Shown here: piece after piece, positions 24,970 to 38,329 of the stretch
Numbering within the stretch: the first letter of the stretch is position 1
How the letters are laid out: each line of letters starts with the position of its first letter
From: Vicugna vicugna
Taxonomy: Eukaryota
Direction of reading: 5' to 3'
Assembly: GCA_013265495.1 (NCBI GenBank)
Contig: MU058337.1
Location: 5,560,716-5,624,715, forward strand
Length of the DNA stretch: 64,000 nt
Notes under the pieces: generated by a model
Told to the model about the DNA's origin: nothing
The model's input: the letters and a program-made list of their open reading frames with translations, nothing else
Database searches by the model: none
Made by a program: the position numbers and the translations under genes

Positions 24970-26635
24970 TGCATCAGTTCCACTAAAGGCCTTAATTCTC
25001 TACCTGTCCCTGTCTCCTCACCTTTGAGTGGACTTGCCCATGTAACTTACTTTGGCCAGTGGGTTGTTAGCCAATGTAGTAGAGTCGTGAAAAGCACTTG
25101 CACATCAGTGTTTGCTTGCTCTTGGGCATTTCCACGACCATGAGGACAGAACCAGGCTAGCCTGCTGGAGGACAAGAGACATGTGGAGCAGGGCTACGTT
25201 GCTCCAGGGGTCCCAGCCAAGGTGGTCCTAGAACAACTGACAGCCAATCAGCCTCCAAATATACAAGCCCACTCAAAAAAAAGCAGTAGCATGAGCAATG
25301 ACAGCTTTATTTTAAGCCACAGACTTTGAGGCTGGTGGGCAGGTAGCATTGTTGTGGCAACACATAACCAATTCAGAATGTGGTACACGGGTGTGTGTTG
25401 CTATGACAAAAACCTAAAGCACGTGGCACTGGCTTTGTGACCAGGTGGTGGGTACAGCCTAGAAAAAATAGAAATGAAACTGTTGTAGAAACCTGGGGAA
25501 AGTGGCAAGAAAACTGTTATAAAAGGATGGAAAATTGGTGATTCACGCTGTCGTCCTGGTAGACTATGAAATGGAAGATAGACAATGTTCCTGGTGAAAC
25601 GCAGGACTTCAGCAAAGAAATTACAAGGCAATACTGAGTCAGCTGGCTCCAGCTAGCTGTGTATAACAAAGTACTACAAGAAAAAGACAAACTCAAACAC
25701 TAAGCGGACAACTTTCAGGTTGAATTCAGAATACAGAGGTGCCACACTGCGAATCTGGAAACTAAAACTGTTTTTCATCTGCAACCTGTTAAGCCACTAA
25801 AATATTCTCCGATTAAGACATGCCATGGGTACAGACCGAATTAAGGGTGTATCTGTGAGACCCTTTGTTAAGATTTCTTAGATCATTAAGGAGATGCCTG
25901 GTAGACCCATTAAGTTCAAAAAGAGGGCTCTCAAGTTTCTGAAGGACTTTGTCCCACAGCAATGTAAAATGCACAAAACATCAGGGATTAAATGGAGACA
26001 GAGAAGCATGTCTCCAAAGGTTGCCGGTTTGGTTTTAGACACACGGAGTACCCTGGACTAAAAGGAAACAAGGGTCTTTAAAATGGCAAAAAAAAAAAAA
26101 AAAGCATTCGCATCCCCAAGTTTCTACAAGACACAGGCTGAGAACGTCGTTCAAAGGAGACACTGTCCAATCCCTCTTCGGAAGGGGGTCAAGGAGTGAT
26201 GCTAAGGACACCTCAGGGGCCAGGGAGAAGCGCTGTGGGGAACAGCAGGCTGGGGAGCCCCGCAGAGAAAGCCGAACCCAGGTGGGGTCAAGAACACTCC
26301 CCACTCCCAAAGTGCATCTGGCCTTGCGTCTTGCTTTGGCCAGTGGGTATTAGCAGGTGTGTTGTGGATAAAGTCCTGAAAAGCACTCGCGCGCTGGTGC
26401 TTACTCATCCTTGTCCTCCGCCATCACCCTGAGAAGGGGCCGGGGCCGGTGTGATGGAAGGTGAGAGATGTAGGAGCAGCTGAGTGCCGCCCCAGTCATC
26501 CCAGCTGCTCTCATCCCAGATCAGCTGACAGCTAGGCAACCACCCCAGACACATGAGCAGTAAATTCTTACTATTTTAAGCCACTGAGTCTTGGAGCGGC
26601 TTGTTGCTCTGCGTAATTCTAAAGCAACTGACACA
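24970..26635 (+). mobile_element. MaLR provirus relic (MLT1H-like): 5' LTR about 24970-25376, internal about 25377-26290, 3' LTR about 26290-26635
   Basis: Two homologous LTRs share ctttggccagtggg...ttag, gaaaagcact and attttaagccac. The MLT1-int start (tggtac...ttgctatgacaaaaacctaaa..gtggcactggcttt) directly follows the first LTR. Confidence 0.8.
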
Positions 26636-26904
26636 TCATTCCTCTTGGTTCCACCTGCCTTCCTTGCAGCCAGAGTCTCAGTGAGCCTCTTACCTGTGGT
26701 CTCTCTCTTTATGACTATTCTTTTTACCAGCACCTTCACTTCTATCCTTAGGAATTTTGTTATAGATTTATACACACCTGATACAGAGTCCTGCCTAGGC
26801 CACTTTCCCATCATTAGAGACGTTTCCTGTAATAAAGGCACCCCCCTCCACACAGCCTCTCCCTCTGCCACCCCTTTCCAAGCATGTGTCCAGTCCTAGG
26901 CAGC

Positions 26905-27150
26905 TGTAGACCCTGAGCAGGTTGGTGAAACTCTCTGGTCTCATTTTCCTCATCTTTGAAATGAGACTATTGGAGTAAGCTCAGACAAAATTTACACTCA
27001 CTTAGCAGTTCTTACATATCATATTTAATGTCTTATATGTCATCTGTTGTCCTAAATCAGGCTGTGGTAGATGTTCTTCCCACTTTACAGGTGAGGAAAA
27101 ATGAGGCACAAAACCCCCAAAGTCATTTAGCAAGCAAGTAGCAGAGTTAA
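26905..27150. mobile_element. Two MIR fragments in opposite orientation
   Basis: Plus: tctcattttcctcatctttgaaatgag. Minus: cccactttacaggtgaggaaaaatgaggcaca. Confidence 0.65.
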
Positions 27151-27756
27151 AGTCATCTTCACCTTGCCAAAAAAAGAAACTAAAAGCGGAACCAGTAACA
27201 ACACACCCCACCCTCCAAAAAATGGAAAGAACTGCTAAGTGCTCCCATAGGAAGAGACCTGAGCTTACTCTAGTCTTCTCGGAGTTAAGGGTGATCTGTA
27301 ATATTTGGCAGGAAGGACTATTACATGCCTGTTTAATCGACTTGGGAGATGTAAGTAGGAACAGCCTTGCTTGGAAATGATCATTTTCTGTGAATCAGGA
27401 ATTTTGCTTCTGGGCACTTTTTCCTCTACCACTAATAACTAAACTCTGAAGTTGGCAAGCAGTTCCTCTGCACCCAGCATTGCTCTTTTCTTTGATGGCT
27501 CACTCAACAGAAACGTTTATTGATTAATGTCCACGTGCCAGGAACTGTGCTCTCACTTTGCCAGCCATGCAGTTTAGAGCCAGACAGTCTGGTAACTGAG
27601 CTTTTAAGGCCAAGAGTCAAATGTCTGGCATTTTCTAATTAAGTAAACCATTTTTAAATAATAAGTGCGGGGTCTTAAAATACAGAGCAATTGGTGACAA
27701 GCTGAGTGGTCTCAAAGAGAAGTTGCCATGAGATTCTCCTAAGGCCAGACTCAAAG

Positions 27757-28010
27757 AGATGATTCTCAACTCTAACTTTTTCACTCCTTGAGGCAGGAAC
27801 CAAGCACGGTGCCTGGCCCACGGCTGGCTGTTGTCTGTCCCACTTGCTATGCATTGGGATCTCCTGGGAACTCCTTAGAAACACAGGTGCCCAACCATCC
27901 CGTCCTCCCAGGAGATGCTCGTCCGGTGGGTGGGTGGTAGGAGGAAGTGGCCTGCAGTCTTTCAAGCCCTGCAGGTGATTCTTATACACAGCCAGGGGTG
28001 AGAACCACTC
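27757..28010. mobile_element. MER5-type hAT-Charlie MITE
   Basis: Ends gatgattctcaac... and caggtgattcttatacacagccaggggtgagaaccact. Confidence 0.7.
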
Positions 28011-30407
28011 AGTGTGAGCTCCATACATATTTTCAATGTGCGAAAAATGGGTGAGCAAATATTATCAAAGCAAATGGGTACCATACTCTTTAAAGCCATT
28101 TGGTACACTGCTGGGTACACATTCTAAAGGCAAGGGAGGAACAGGAGAAAGTGTAGGACCAGAATTATGTGTAGGAGCAACAACACGTACTATAATAAGG
28201 CCAAAATCTTACCAGAAGAGGGAAGTAACATGGGGTCTCTTAGGTTGAAAATGAGGACCCTTTTAACAGCAAAACATTTCTTAGGCCCTTGTAAGATAGT
28301 ATTTATACTTTTATAATATTTTGATTAAGAAAATACACTTTAAGAAGTCTGAATTTGTCAATGCTTTCAAATAATTAGATTTTATTCATTCTAAGGGCCT
28401 ACTTACATTTGAAAAATACTCATCCATATATACACAGGACATGTTTTATTCAGCTTGCAGACAATGTTTAGTGGGTATGTGGACTCAGGAAGTAACTCAA
28501 TGACCCAGTGGAATTCATGGTCTGCAAATCAGGAGCCTCAGATATAGACCACCTAACCAGCACCGAGGCTAGAAGGAAATGTTTACTTAAATTGAAGAAT
28601 AGACTGTTTAGTGGTAAGAAGCACTTTGGATTTTTACTTAGTGGCAAAATAATTCACCAAGACCAAATGTAAAGGTTTTGGGGGGGTTGATAAGTTACCA
28701 TTCTATAGAATAAGTAATTTTAGTATACCAAAGGAAAAGACATAAGTTAGACTAGGCTCTGAGCGATAAAAAATGATGCAGAGAATATCTGAGATAGATC
28801 TGCAGTGTTTTCTCAGAACAGGATCAAATTTAACATGATAATATCTGGAGGGACATGACCACAGGGAGGAAAACCATTCGATTATTCAATTTTGCAAAAA
28901 GGCACTAATATAAAATAATAGCATTGGTTAAAGAACTAACATTAAATGCTGAGAAAAGTAAACAACGACCCTGAAAAAAATCCATAAGAAATTAAAATAT
29001 TATTTTTTAAAAACTTATTCAAAGTCCAGGAGAAAAATATATACCCAAGATCAAGATCAAAAACAGGTTCTTAAATAGAAAACAGTTGTGATTAAAAGGA
29101 AAAGTAGAAGGAGCTGTCATAGAAAAAAGAAAAAGGCATCTTGGTACTGATGGTCAGCAGATACACTGCTGACCGTGAAGATCATGGAAGGTCACCCCGT
29201 GAAACCAGAACTGTCCCCTGCCTTCTCCGGCCTCTGTGCTTTGCCACATGGCTCTGAGCTGTTCTCAGGAAACGACTAGGCTAAAGAAAGGAACAAGGTG
29301 GTGAGATTAGGATTCAACCACATCCAAGGCTCACACCACAGTTCCACTCTTCTTTCCACACACTCTTCACCATATTATTGTCCTGGTCTGAGAAGAGCCT
29401 GGGACCAGAGCATGATGAGAACCAGGGTGGGATTGACATAGGAAAGTCAGGGAAGGCTTTTTCCAGAGGTGATGTTTGAGACCAGATCTAATTATGTTCA
29501 CCTTGCTTTATTAAGAAATGTGTTTTTCTAGTAGTTTGAAAATTAGTGATTGAGGAAGGAGTAGGGCAAGATTCATATGTTAGTAATGTTTGGTGAATGG
29601 GGAAAAGTTATTAAACAGACCACTCATTCCCATCCACAGCACTTAAACAAGCACGGATTACATGTGAGTTTAAAAGCTGTATCTCTCAGGATCTCACACC
29701 CAGCTCTTTAAGCAACTGTCTGGGGACATCTCTGAGCCAAAGCGTTCAGTGGGAAACAGGGGTTTCTCACATGACCCCGAAGCCCGTCCACTCTGGACAC
29801 TGCCGTGGTTCTCCTCTCACCTTCCCTGAACCGGATGCACACACACAGACACCCGGGAACTCCCGCAGGGCAAACGGACAAAGGATAATCATCTTAGTGT
29901 CTTGTGATTAAGTCAAGTGCTAACACTAGAAAGTGAAGTTTGGCAGTACTTAAACTACAAACCACTTTTCACTCGCCTCAATTCCTGCTGATTGCTCATC
30001 AAAATGACTCCCGAAACTCTGGGGAGAACAACTCGGAAGGCTGGGAACAGGTTTCTGCATTGTTAAGGCACTGTTTAACAAACTACTTCCTTCCCGCAGC
30101 AACAGACCTCTTCAATCCAGGAAAATGCTTTTAATAAGTGCTTTTGGTAAATAATCTTCATAATGATCATTGTGTTATTGGTTATAACAGTGTTGAATGA
30201 CAAAACCTTCCCCTGAAAAACGTTCTCAAAGATAAAAGGCACTAATTTAAAGGAGGCTGTTGTTGTCTTTAATTCCGTGTTTCTGAGAAATGCACTTAAA
30301 CATTTGCAGACACAGTGGAAAATCTTTAAGCAGACAAATGAAAATTTTCTTCTCATTGTGCTTTGAGGAGTCAAATTGCACCCAGGATTGTAAAATGAAA
30401 GTGGTTT

Positions 30408-30420
30408 GTTGCTAGGCAAC
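30408..30420. promoter_or_regulatory. RFX X-box motif
   Basis: GTTGCTAGGCAAC, a near-palindromic X-box match in repeat-poor sequence. Confidence 0.45.
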
Positions 30421-32287
30421 TCCATGAATCATCCCAAATCGGGTTTTAACCAGATTGATGAAACTGCTCCCCCTCAATTTTTTTTTTCTCAGTAGAATAC
30501 CGCCTTTGCTTGAGCAACAAAATATATGAACTGATCATATGGGAATAGAATTTTGTGTAGCAATAAAAAACTCTTACCCCAACACTGACTAATAATTAAT
30601 GATATGCATAATTATTACTGTAATGCATGGAAATCAGATACAAGTGATACAAAACCTAGGCCATGATTGCACTTGGCATTATGTTAGCACTGCAGGTAAA
30701 GTAGCCCTGGGATCACCCTGGGAGAAGAAAGAATAGGAAGAAGCTCTGAGCTGCCTCCAGAAAGATCTAGATTCATGGCCCAAATGATGGGTCTTCCTGA
30801 TCTGAGAGACGGCATCACTATTAGCCTACGTTTCCAAGGAGAACACTGAAGGCAGCAGTATTCCATTGGTTTATAGGTTTTCACATATTTGTTAAAGGTT
30901 AATCATGTAATTGGTGGCTACATCTGATAATAGGAAACTCACATCTTTCATGTTATTTAAAAACAAAGTCAACAGATATATAATCCTAAAGGTGATGCTA
31001 ACTGAAGTATCATTGATACACGAGTATTTATGACGTCCTAATTTTCTTCACTGTCTGCAAAGTTCTTGTATTTATTTGAGGATGTAGATATGAGGATTCA
31101 TGCAAACAAGTAAAGAGATAAACATTAAGAGCAGCCTTCAATCTTTAAACCAACTATGAAGGTCCTTACAGGCTTATAGTTTAATATAGTTCCTCCTATT
31201 TATATGTTTATGTAAATATCTTCGTAAGCAGTTGATGGGTCAAAAATATGCTTTTGTTGAGACTCTGCTTGGTGACAGCACAAATGAAGTGTGTGGACCA
31301 TTTCTACCATTCTCCTAAAAACACAGTGAAGCTTTCAGACAGGCTCTCACACTGGCTTTTAGCTGGATTTGGGTTTTAACTCCTAACGTCTATAAGCAAT
31401 AAAGGAAAACTAGAGCAGAACATTTCTGAGGATATTAGGGGATTTAACGAACAAGAATAACAGCATTTAAAGGAAGAGGGGAGAAAGAGGAGTGAAAATG
31501 AACTTCCTCGTGCTTTTCCCTGAGAGAAGTACCCTTGTAATTATGCATGTATCTTAATTAAAACCGCATATTCAAGTTCTACATTTTCAGTTGGCCTTGT
31601 ATAATTAAAACTGCATCACATCTGATGTATTTATAATTATAGCCAAATGGTTATGTTAACGTTCATCTATTCCATGCTGAAAACCAACAAAAAACATGAA
31701 GAACATTTCTTTAAATAGCTTCTTACCAGAAATTCAATCTCCAGACATAAAAGCTCAGTGACCATGTGTCTTGAAAATAAAGTATCTTTGAGATCAATCA
31801 TCGCAGCTCTAAGTGTGAGATCCAAAACTCCCGATGCTTGCAAAAGCACAAACCCAAACTGCTTTTAAGAGATAATCTATAGAGGGGAAAAAAATAAAAA
31901 GAATCATAGAAGGTCTAATTAAGGTCTTAAGGGAGAGTTCTCACTAACTTAGAGGAATTAACAGGAGACAATCATATCCCCTCAGGCTACAAACATTGAG
32001 CTTTAAGTCCCCAAATCTTTCCATTAAAAAAATTCTTGTGTTACAAGATTAGTGCTTTCTCTTCTGAAACTAAAAGCCATGACTAAATTGAATGCCCATG
32101 ATTAAATGCTTTACTGAGAAATCCCTTCCTAATTTTTCCCAATAAATGAATCCCCAAAAATGAAAGCCCTGCAAAATATGAAGGTTTGTGTTGGAAATAA
32201 TAACACTTGACTTCTGACCTAAGGCTTGGCAGTTCGGGGAGGTTTCAGGCAGGAGATCACTTGGACAAACATTCAGCATGAGGATAT

Positions 32288-32718
32288 TCTTGTGGGTTGA
32301 ACTGTGTATCCTTCCTCAAAATGATACAGAATGTGGAAGTCCTCACCCCTGGAATCCCAGAATGGGACCTTATTTGGAAACAGGATCATTAAAGAGTAAT
32401 TAGTTAAATTAAGATGAAGTCACACTGGAGTAAGGTGTGCTCTTAATCCAATATGACTGGTATCTTTATAAGAAGAGGGAAATTTGGACACAGAGACACA
32501 CAGGGAGAGGACCACGCAAAGACAGAGGCAGAGGTGTGAATGAAGCTACAGGAGCAAAGCAGAACAGACATCCCCTCAGAGCCTCCAGTAGGAACCAAGC
32601 CTGTGGTCACCTTGATTTCGGACATCCGGCCTCCAGAACTGTGAAAGAATACATTTCTGATGTTTTAAGCCATCCAGTTTGTGGTACTTTGTTAGGGCAG
32701 CCCTGGGACACAAATACC
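32288..32718 (+). mobile_element. MaLR MLT1C-type solo LTR
   Basis: gtgggttgaactgtgt...gaccttatttggaaacagg...aatccaatatgactgg...gcctccagaactgtga...gtggtactttgtta; likely TSD gatat/gatgt. Confidence 0.92.
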
Positions 32719-33464
32719 GATGTCTATGGAACTTGGATGCCTGTCTTACCAGAATTTCAAACTGCATCCACATTCTGCAACCTGCATTAACCAACACTTG
32801 CTTTCTTATAAACTCAAGTACAAGACTTGGGCTCTGGGAATCTTAGAGGCCTCTTTTCTTTCCTTTGTTCTCCAACAAACAGGCAAGAGGAAATTGTTCT
32901 CCCTGCAGAGTTTATCCTCTGTTGTTAGAATCACTCTTGGTACCTGCCTGAAAGGTCTCTAGGTTTGCACCACAGGAGCCAAGACCTGGCGTTTGAGGCA
33001 GCGGCGGGGGTGGGGGGGTCTTTTCCCTCACACCGGATGCCATGAGGTACAGCCACTTGGCCGAGTGATGAAACTTAAGTGTCTGGCTGCCTTTTCAGGC
33101 TCACATATCAAGTCTGGGGGAGATTATCTGTGAACTGGTAAAGAGAACAAAGAAAAGGAAATCTTTAAAATGAGTACCTGTTCAGAGACATGGGTGCAGA
33201 AACATTGTAGACTAAGAACATGATCTGGAAACACAAACCCAAAAGAACTACACACCTCGAACTTGATTGCTATACACAGATCAACATGCTGATTGCTCAG
33301 CTGGCCATGAGCACCTCTTCCATTCCAATAAATGTTCATAAATGTTGTTCTGAGGGTACACAGATTGGTTGAATGCACAAGTCCATATTCCAGCACAATG
33401 TTAAATCAAGATGCACATAAACAGAGGCCTTAGGGAGAAGGTAGTAGGAATCACAGATTAAATT

Positions 33465-33620
33465 CTATAGCACTTTTTATGTTACACAGTATTTCTACAT
33501 ACATTTCCTGGTTTACTTCTCATAACAGTTCTGTTCATTCCACTATTTTGGAGATGTAGATAGAAAAGTTAAATGACTTGCCTGTGGGCATACAAAAGGT
33601 ACAACTCACATCATGTATTC
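33465..33620 (-). mobile_element. MIR fragment
   Basis: ttctcataacagttctg...aagttaaatgacttgcctgtgggcataca. Confidence 0.5.
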
Positions 33621-33784
33621 CAATACACATCTCCCACTACAAATTTCCAAGATAGAGATTCTCATTGTCCCAGTTGACAGTGTCCAATCTGATTAAGTTG
33701 CCCTACAGAGCAGACTCCGTAGGTACAAGCTCACCTGCTCTTCTTAAAATTGTTACATGGTCCTACTACTGTAACATTATTTTT

Positions 33785-33935
33785 TTTTAACTTACTAGAT
33801 CACTGGTTTATTATAAAAGGATGTAACTCAGGAACAGCCAGATGGAAGAGATGCATAGGACCAGGTATGTGGGAAGGGAGATGGAGCTTCCACGCGCTCT
33901 CCAGGCATGGCAGTCTCCCACATTTCCACATTTTT
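33785..33935 (-). mobile_element. MER21-like LTR fragment
   Basis: ggtttattataaaagga...aacagccagatggaagagatgcatagg...ggagcttcca. Confidence 0.75.
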
Positions 33936-34529
33936 GCCATTTGGTAACAAGCTCTTCTGATCACGTCCTTTGCAGGGAGCTTTTTTTCCTTTAATCATCA
34001 CCATCAACAACAAACAGTGTTTTTCCTTGCCCGAATGAAAACCCTTTATATTAAATTGTTTTTTTTCTCAAAGTAAAGTTCTAAGGATTATGTAACAGAA
34101 CTGTTTCCAGAAATGGGGAATTGGGGTTGTGGATGGTCCCAGCCCTACCATGATGCCTGATGCCACCTGGGGCATCAGAAACACCAGAGGTCCTTGTGCT
34201 TGTATTTACCTGTCCTATAAACCAAGAGATTCTAACTCAATTGTTCACATATCCCATAAAATTATTTTAAACAATTATGTACCCTCTTTGCACACTTTTA
34301 AGTTGACATTTATACTTCTTTCTTCATAAGCTTAAACAGCTGTAAAGAATGTGACTCTAGCAGGTTGCAAATGCTAAAATTTTTAAATGAAAGCTATGGC
34401 ATCCTTTTAAATATATGCAAGGAAATCTAAGTTGCATAATGGTTTGAAAGCCACCTGTTGGGAGACAGTCGCTTCTTCTTGTTGCTTCTGACTCTGGTGA
34501 CAAAGGTATCCTGCAGCAGTCATGGACTT

Positions 34530-34803
34530 TTCATCATAGATGTGAACACACAAGTCTGACCCAAGAGTCAGAGAAGCTAAAAGAGGACCCAGGGGAAGGT
34601 GCAACACCCGCAGGCTCAGCTGCTGCCTCACGACCACAGGGTGAATCAGTAGATCACAAACAATGTGCATGAAATACGAAGGGGCTGCTACTTACCTTGG
34701 GCCCTGCAAACCTCCCACCCTAACCAGAAACACATGGGAAAGGGAATTCTGAGACATAGTTCAGCGCAGGCAAGCAGACACATTGCAAAGTCCTAGCACC
34801 ACA
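34530..34803 (-). mobile_element. ERVL-type LTR fragment, subfamily uncertain
   Basis: accagaaacacatgggaaagggaattctgagacatagttcagc...gacacattgcaaag...caccaca resembles an ERVL LTR end. Confidence 0.5.
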
Positions 34804-34859
34804 GCTATCACCAAGCATGGGGCGCCAGCCCAGGCACGAAGCACACGCAGCCTGCTACA

Positions 34860-34994
34860 CCCTGAATAAGGAAGTGTTTGTCTCTGACCCGGGAGTCTCA
34901 TGTCTTCTACCAGCGTCCGCAAATGAGACCGTGGCAGGCTAACCTGCTGGCGTGCAAGGAAAGTAAAACCTCAGACTCTTCACAGCTCTTAACA
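34860..34994 (+). mobile_element. ERV1 MER4-group LTR 3' end
   Basis: aataag...tttgtctctgacccgggagtctcatgtcttct...gtggcaggctaac...gtaaaacctcagactcttcacagctcttaaca. Confidence 0.7.
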
Positions 34995-36269
34995 CCACTA
35001 TTATCGACTTAACAGTACATGAATGAGCTTTCTGAACTTTCAGAAGTGTATGCATTTCCTTTCTTTTCTGTTATTTGTATTTCCATCATTTTTCCTTTAG
35101 ATTTATACTCTAATATAAGAAAGTTTAATGCTGGGAAGTCTTTTATTGATCACATCATCACTCTTTATTCAACAAAAATATTTTTGTAGAAATTAAATTT
35201 AAAAAATTTGTTTTATTTCCTATGACTATAATGTTCTAAATGTAAAAAATTCTTCCACATAATGTAATCTTTAAAATTACTATTAGTAAACAACAGATCA
35301 GAAATGTAAATGTATTTCAAATTTGAATAATTAATAATCATTAAAAGAAAACTTTTATTGGAAATTAATCATCTATGAATGCAATACTGCTAAAATTAAC
35401 CCGTTCAGAAGTTACCATATATACTTTCATGTTAAGAAGTTGAAAAATATTAAACATTTTATAACATGAAGTAAGATTGAAACTGCCTATACCGAGAATA
35501 AATATTTTATAATATGATGTAAAAAAACAATTTTAATCATCTAATTGAAAAGCATATCCTGAATCTAAAACGAACTGCATAAAAGTTTTACCCAAAGGTT
35601 CTACGTAATGTATTCTAAAACTTTCAGTAGTTCTAGAAGCACCCCACTTACATTTAAAAGATTCTGCAGTGCTGACCTGCTGTCAGACTGTTCAACGTTC
35701 TCTTCTTTCCAGCTAATAAAGCAGTCTAAGGACGAGTCCTAAGAATAGCTACAGTAAAATACACGGAAAAGGTCATTGTTAGCACTCATTATGCCTTCAA
35801 GTGCACTCTGCCTTGCTCTCACAGATTCTTACATTCTTTGGCAGAAGGAAAGGAACGGAAGAGACGAAGTCATTAAACAAAAATGTCTTAACTCTCGCTA
35901 TTCGTATATCTGAACCAGAACATCCCAACCCAGGTCTAAAACACCAGTTTTTACCCTCATAGCATAGTGATTAAGGTAGAGAAATATAGGAATCCCCACG
36001 GGTTTATTGAACATTCATTAATATTTAAAGAAGGACTCCTTTAAAATTCGGCGTGGGTTAGGGGCCTGCATGTGGTTTACCAATCGAAAAAAGGAATGCT
36101 GTGAACTCAGGCAAGTTCTCCAGGAATGAGTTATAGGAGAGAGGACCTATAGAATTTAAGGATCTAAACACGGGTTCTTTGAAAATTTTCCATGGCCATA
36201 TACCCCTTGAAAAATGTATTCTAGTTGAAATCACTTCTGTAAACGCCCTGAACTTTCACCAAGAAGCTC

Positions 36270-36483
36270 AACTATTGGGTGATAAATCACAGGAGAATGA
36301 GAACAGTGGGATAGAACAGGAGAATAGAGCTAGGGGAGAATGCAGCCATCTGAAGGGGGTGGGGGTGGCTCTCAGTTGGTCAAGGGCATCTGTGAGATGT
36401 GAGCACAAAAGCTCCCAGCAGCTGGAAGATGGGTATATTGGCTGGTAAAGGGGTCTGGTGGGTTCCCAATGGCACCCACTGCA
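36270..36483 (-). mobile_element. LTR16-like ERVL LTR fragment
   Basis: ggtggctctcagttgg...cccagcagctggaagatggg...ggggtctggtggg...gcacccactgca. Confidence 0.6.
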
Positions 36484-36849
36484 CACCCATGCCTTGGGTA
36501 TAAACATGAGACCCAGCCCATGACTTCCAGATGCACTCAAACAAAGGATATATATATGCAGATAAGTATTCCTCTCAGACTTTTTTTTTTTTTGTAAAAT
36601 AGTGCTCTTTCTGCTCTGCTCTGCTTTTTGAGAACAGGGCATATATCTTTCATTTCATTCAATAAACATTTGTCTGCCCGCCGTTAGGCTGCTCAGACCT
36701 AGGAAAGGATTATAAAGGAAAGCAGGTATAAGAAGGAATGAAGGAAGCATCCTTGTCTCAAGGAATATTTACCATTCCCCCACCTGGCAGTGTTCAAGCC
36801 TAACCAGCTTTTATTAACTCTTCTTTACTTACTAACTCATTTTTGCTAT

Positions 36850-36925
36850 GTATTTTTGTTGTGGTAAAAAACATGTATGTAACATAAAATTTACCATTTT
36901 AACCATGTTTAGGTGTACGATTCTT
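36850..36925 (-). mobile_element. L1 (L1MB-like) extreme 3' tail
   Basis: ttgtggtaaaa...aacataaaatttaccattttaaccatgtttaggtgtac. Confidence 0.8.
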
Positions 36926-38329
36926 GCTTACTCCTTCTAAAAGCAGTGCTCTCTTCTACCAAGAATTGGATACATACCATGGTAAAAGGAGTGAGATAAC
37001 CTTTGATCTTTGGGGGAAAAAAATCCCTTAGGCTCTGAAGTTCTTACTGCAAAATGAGTTTTCTGCAACGCTATCAGTCATGATCTTGGGTACAAATACC
37101 TCAAACATTCAGCATGTCCATGTTCAGAGGGGAAGAATTAAACTGCCTTCCACTGGGCTAACAACACTGGCATTGCATTTTGATTCTCCAGTCTCCACAT
37201 ATGCTATCATCACAACGGATGGGGGTTCTGTTTGCTGAAATAAAATAAATAATTAAAATCCTGCAGGGAGCAGGCTTTTATTTACAGGGCTCCATTGTCA
37301 TTCTTGTACCTGGTGGGAGTATGGCAAAATTACATGAGTTTATTAAAAAACAAAAACTGATGATTCCAGCTCTGTTCCTCTACCCCATGGAAAGAGATCA
37401 AATAGTGGTGGCACGGAAGCAAGAGCTGTCAGCATTTAGAGAGCTATCATTGGAATGAGGAGGGAAGGTAACCAACATTTGGTGGAATGAGCTCTCGGAT
37501 GCACAAGCTCCCCATCGTGCCCAGGGCTTTTTGGACATCACCACATCGTGGAGTTCAGATGTTCACGCTAGGAAACGTTGCCAAGCCCAACCTTAGCCTT
37601 GCTGGATGTTCTGTTTCATCACTCCCCCTTTATTTATGATCCCTCCACATTTCTAAAGATAAAAGCTTACACTGTAGAAACAGTCGAAAGCACACCCCCT
37701 CCATATAACCTGATCTCCAGATTACCAGTGAAATTGCTGCCTTTGTATACTTATGGGCTGACGTGATAACTGAAAATAACTTCCATTAGCACTATAAAAA
37801 CTCCAGCTGACACCAAATGAATTTCATTTGATACCAGCAGAGAAAAATATTGGCTACTGAGAGATTCTTTGTTCATGGTTATTTACAGTTAGCTAGAATC
37901 CATGTACAATTCAGCCAGCCAGAAGGCGCCAGATGATTTTCCTCACTCGAGGACCTTGTATGGAAAGTCTTCCACAAAAGACTGGCTCACCTTTATTTAC
38001 TGAAACACAGGCACCACTCTTGTCACACCTGATCCACCACAATAGATGGAAATGTCTAGCAATTAAATTCTTTGGAGTAAGAAAGGTGTAAACAGGCATC
38101 TGAGAGACAGGAAATGGACTCTGACATTTTTCCCTCCCCATCTCCATCCCGTAACCATCTTGTTTTGAAAATTTGGGGAATAGTCAACTAAATGATCAGA
38201 ACATCCTCCAAAACTGTGCTTTTTCGACATTTTAAAAATGCAAACATTTCTAGTGGACATATATCACCACTAAGAACTAAGGGTCAATATTTTGTTATGT
38301 TCCCTTCAGAACTTGCACTTTTTTAAGAA

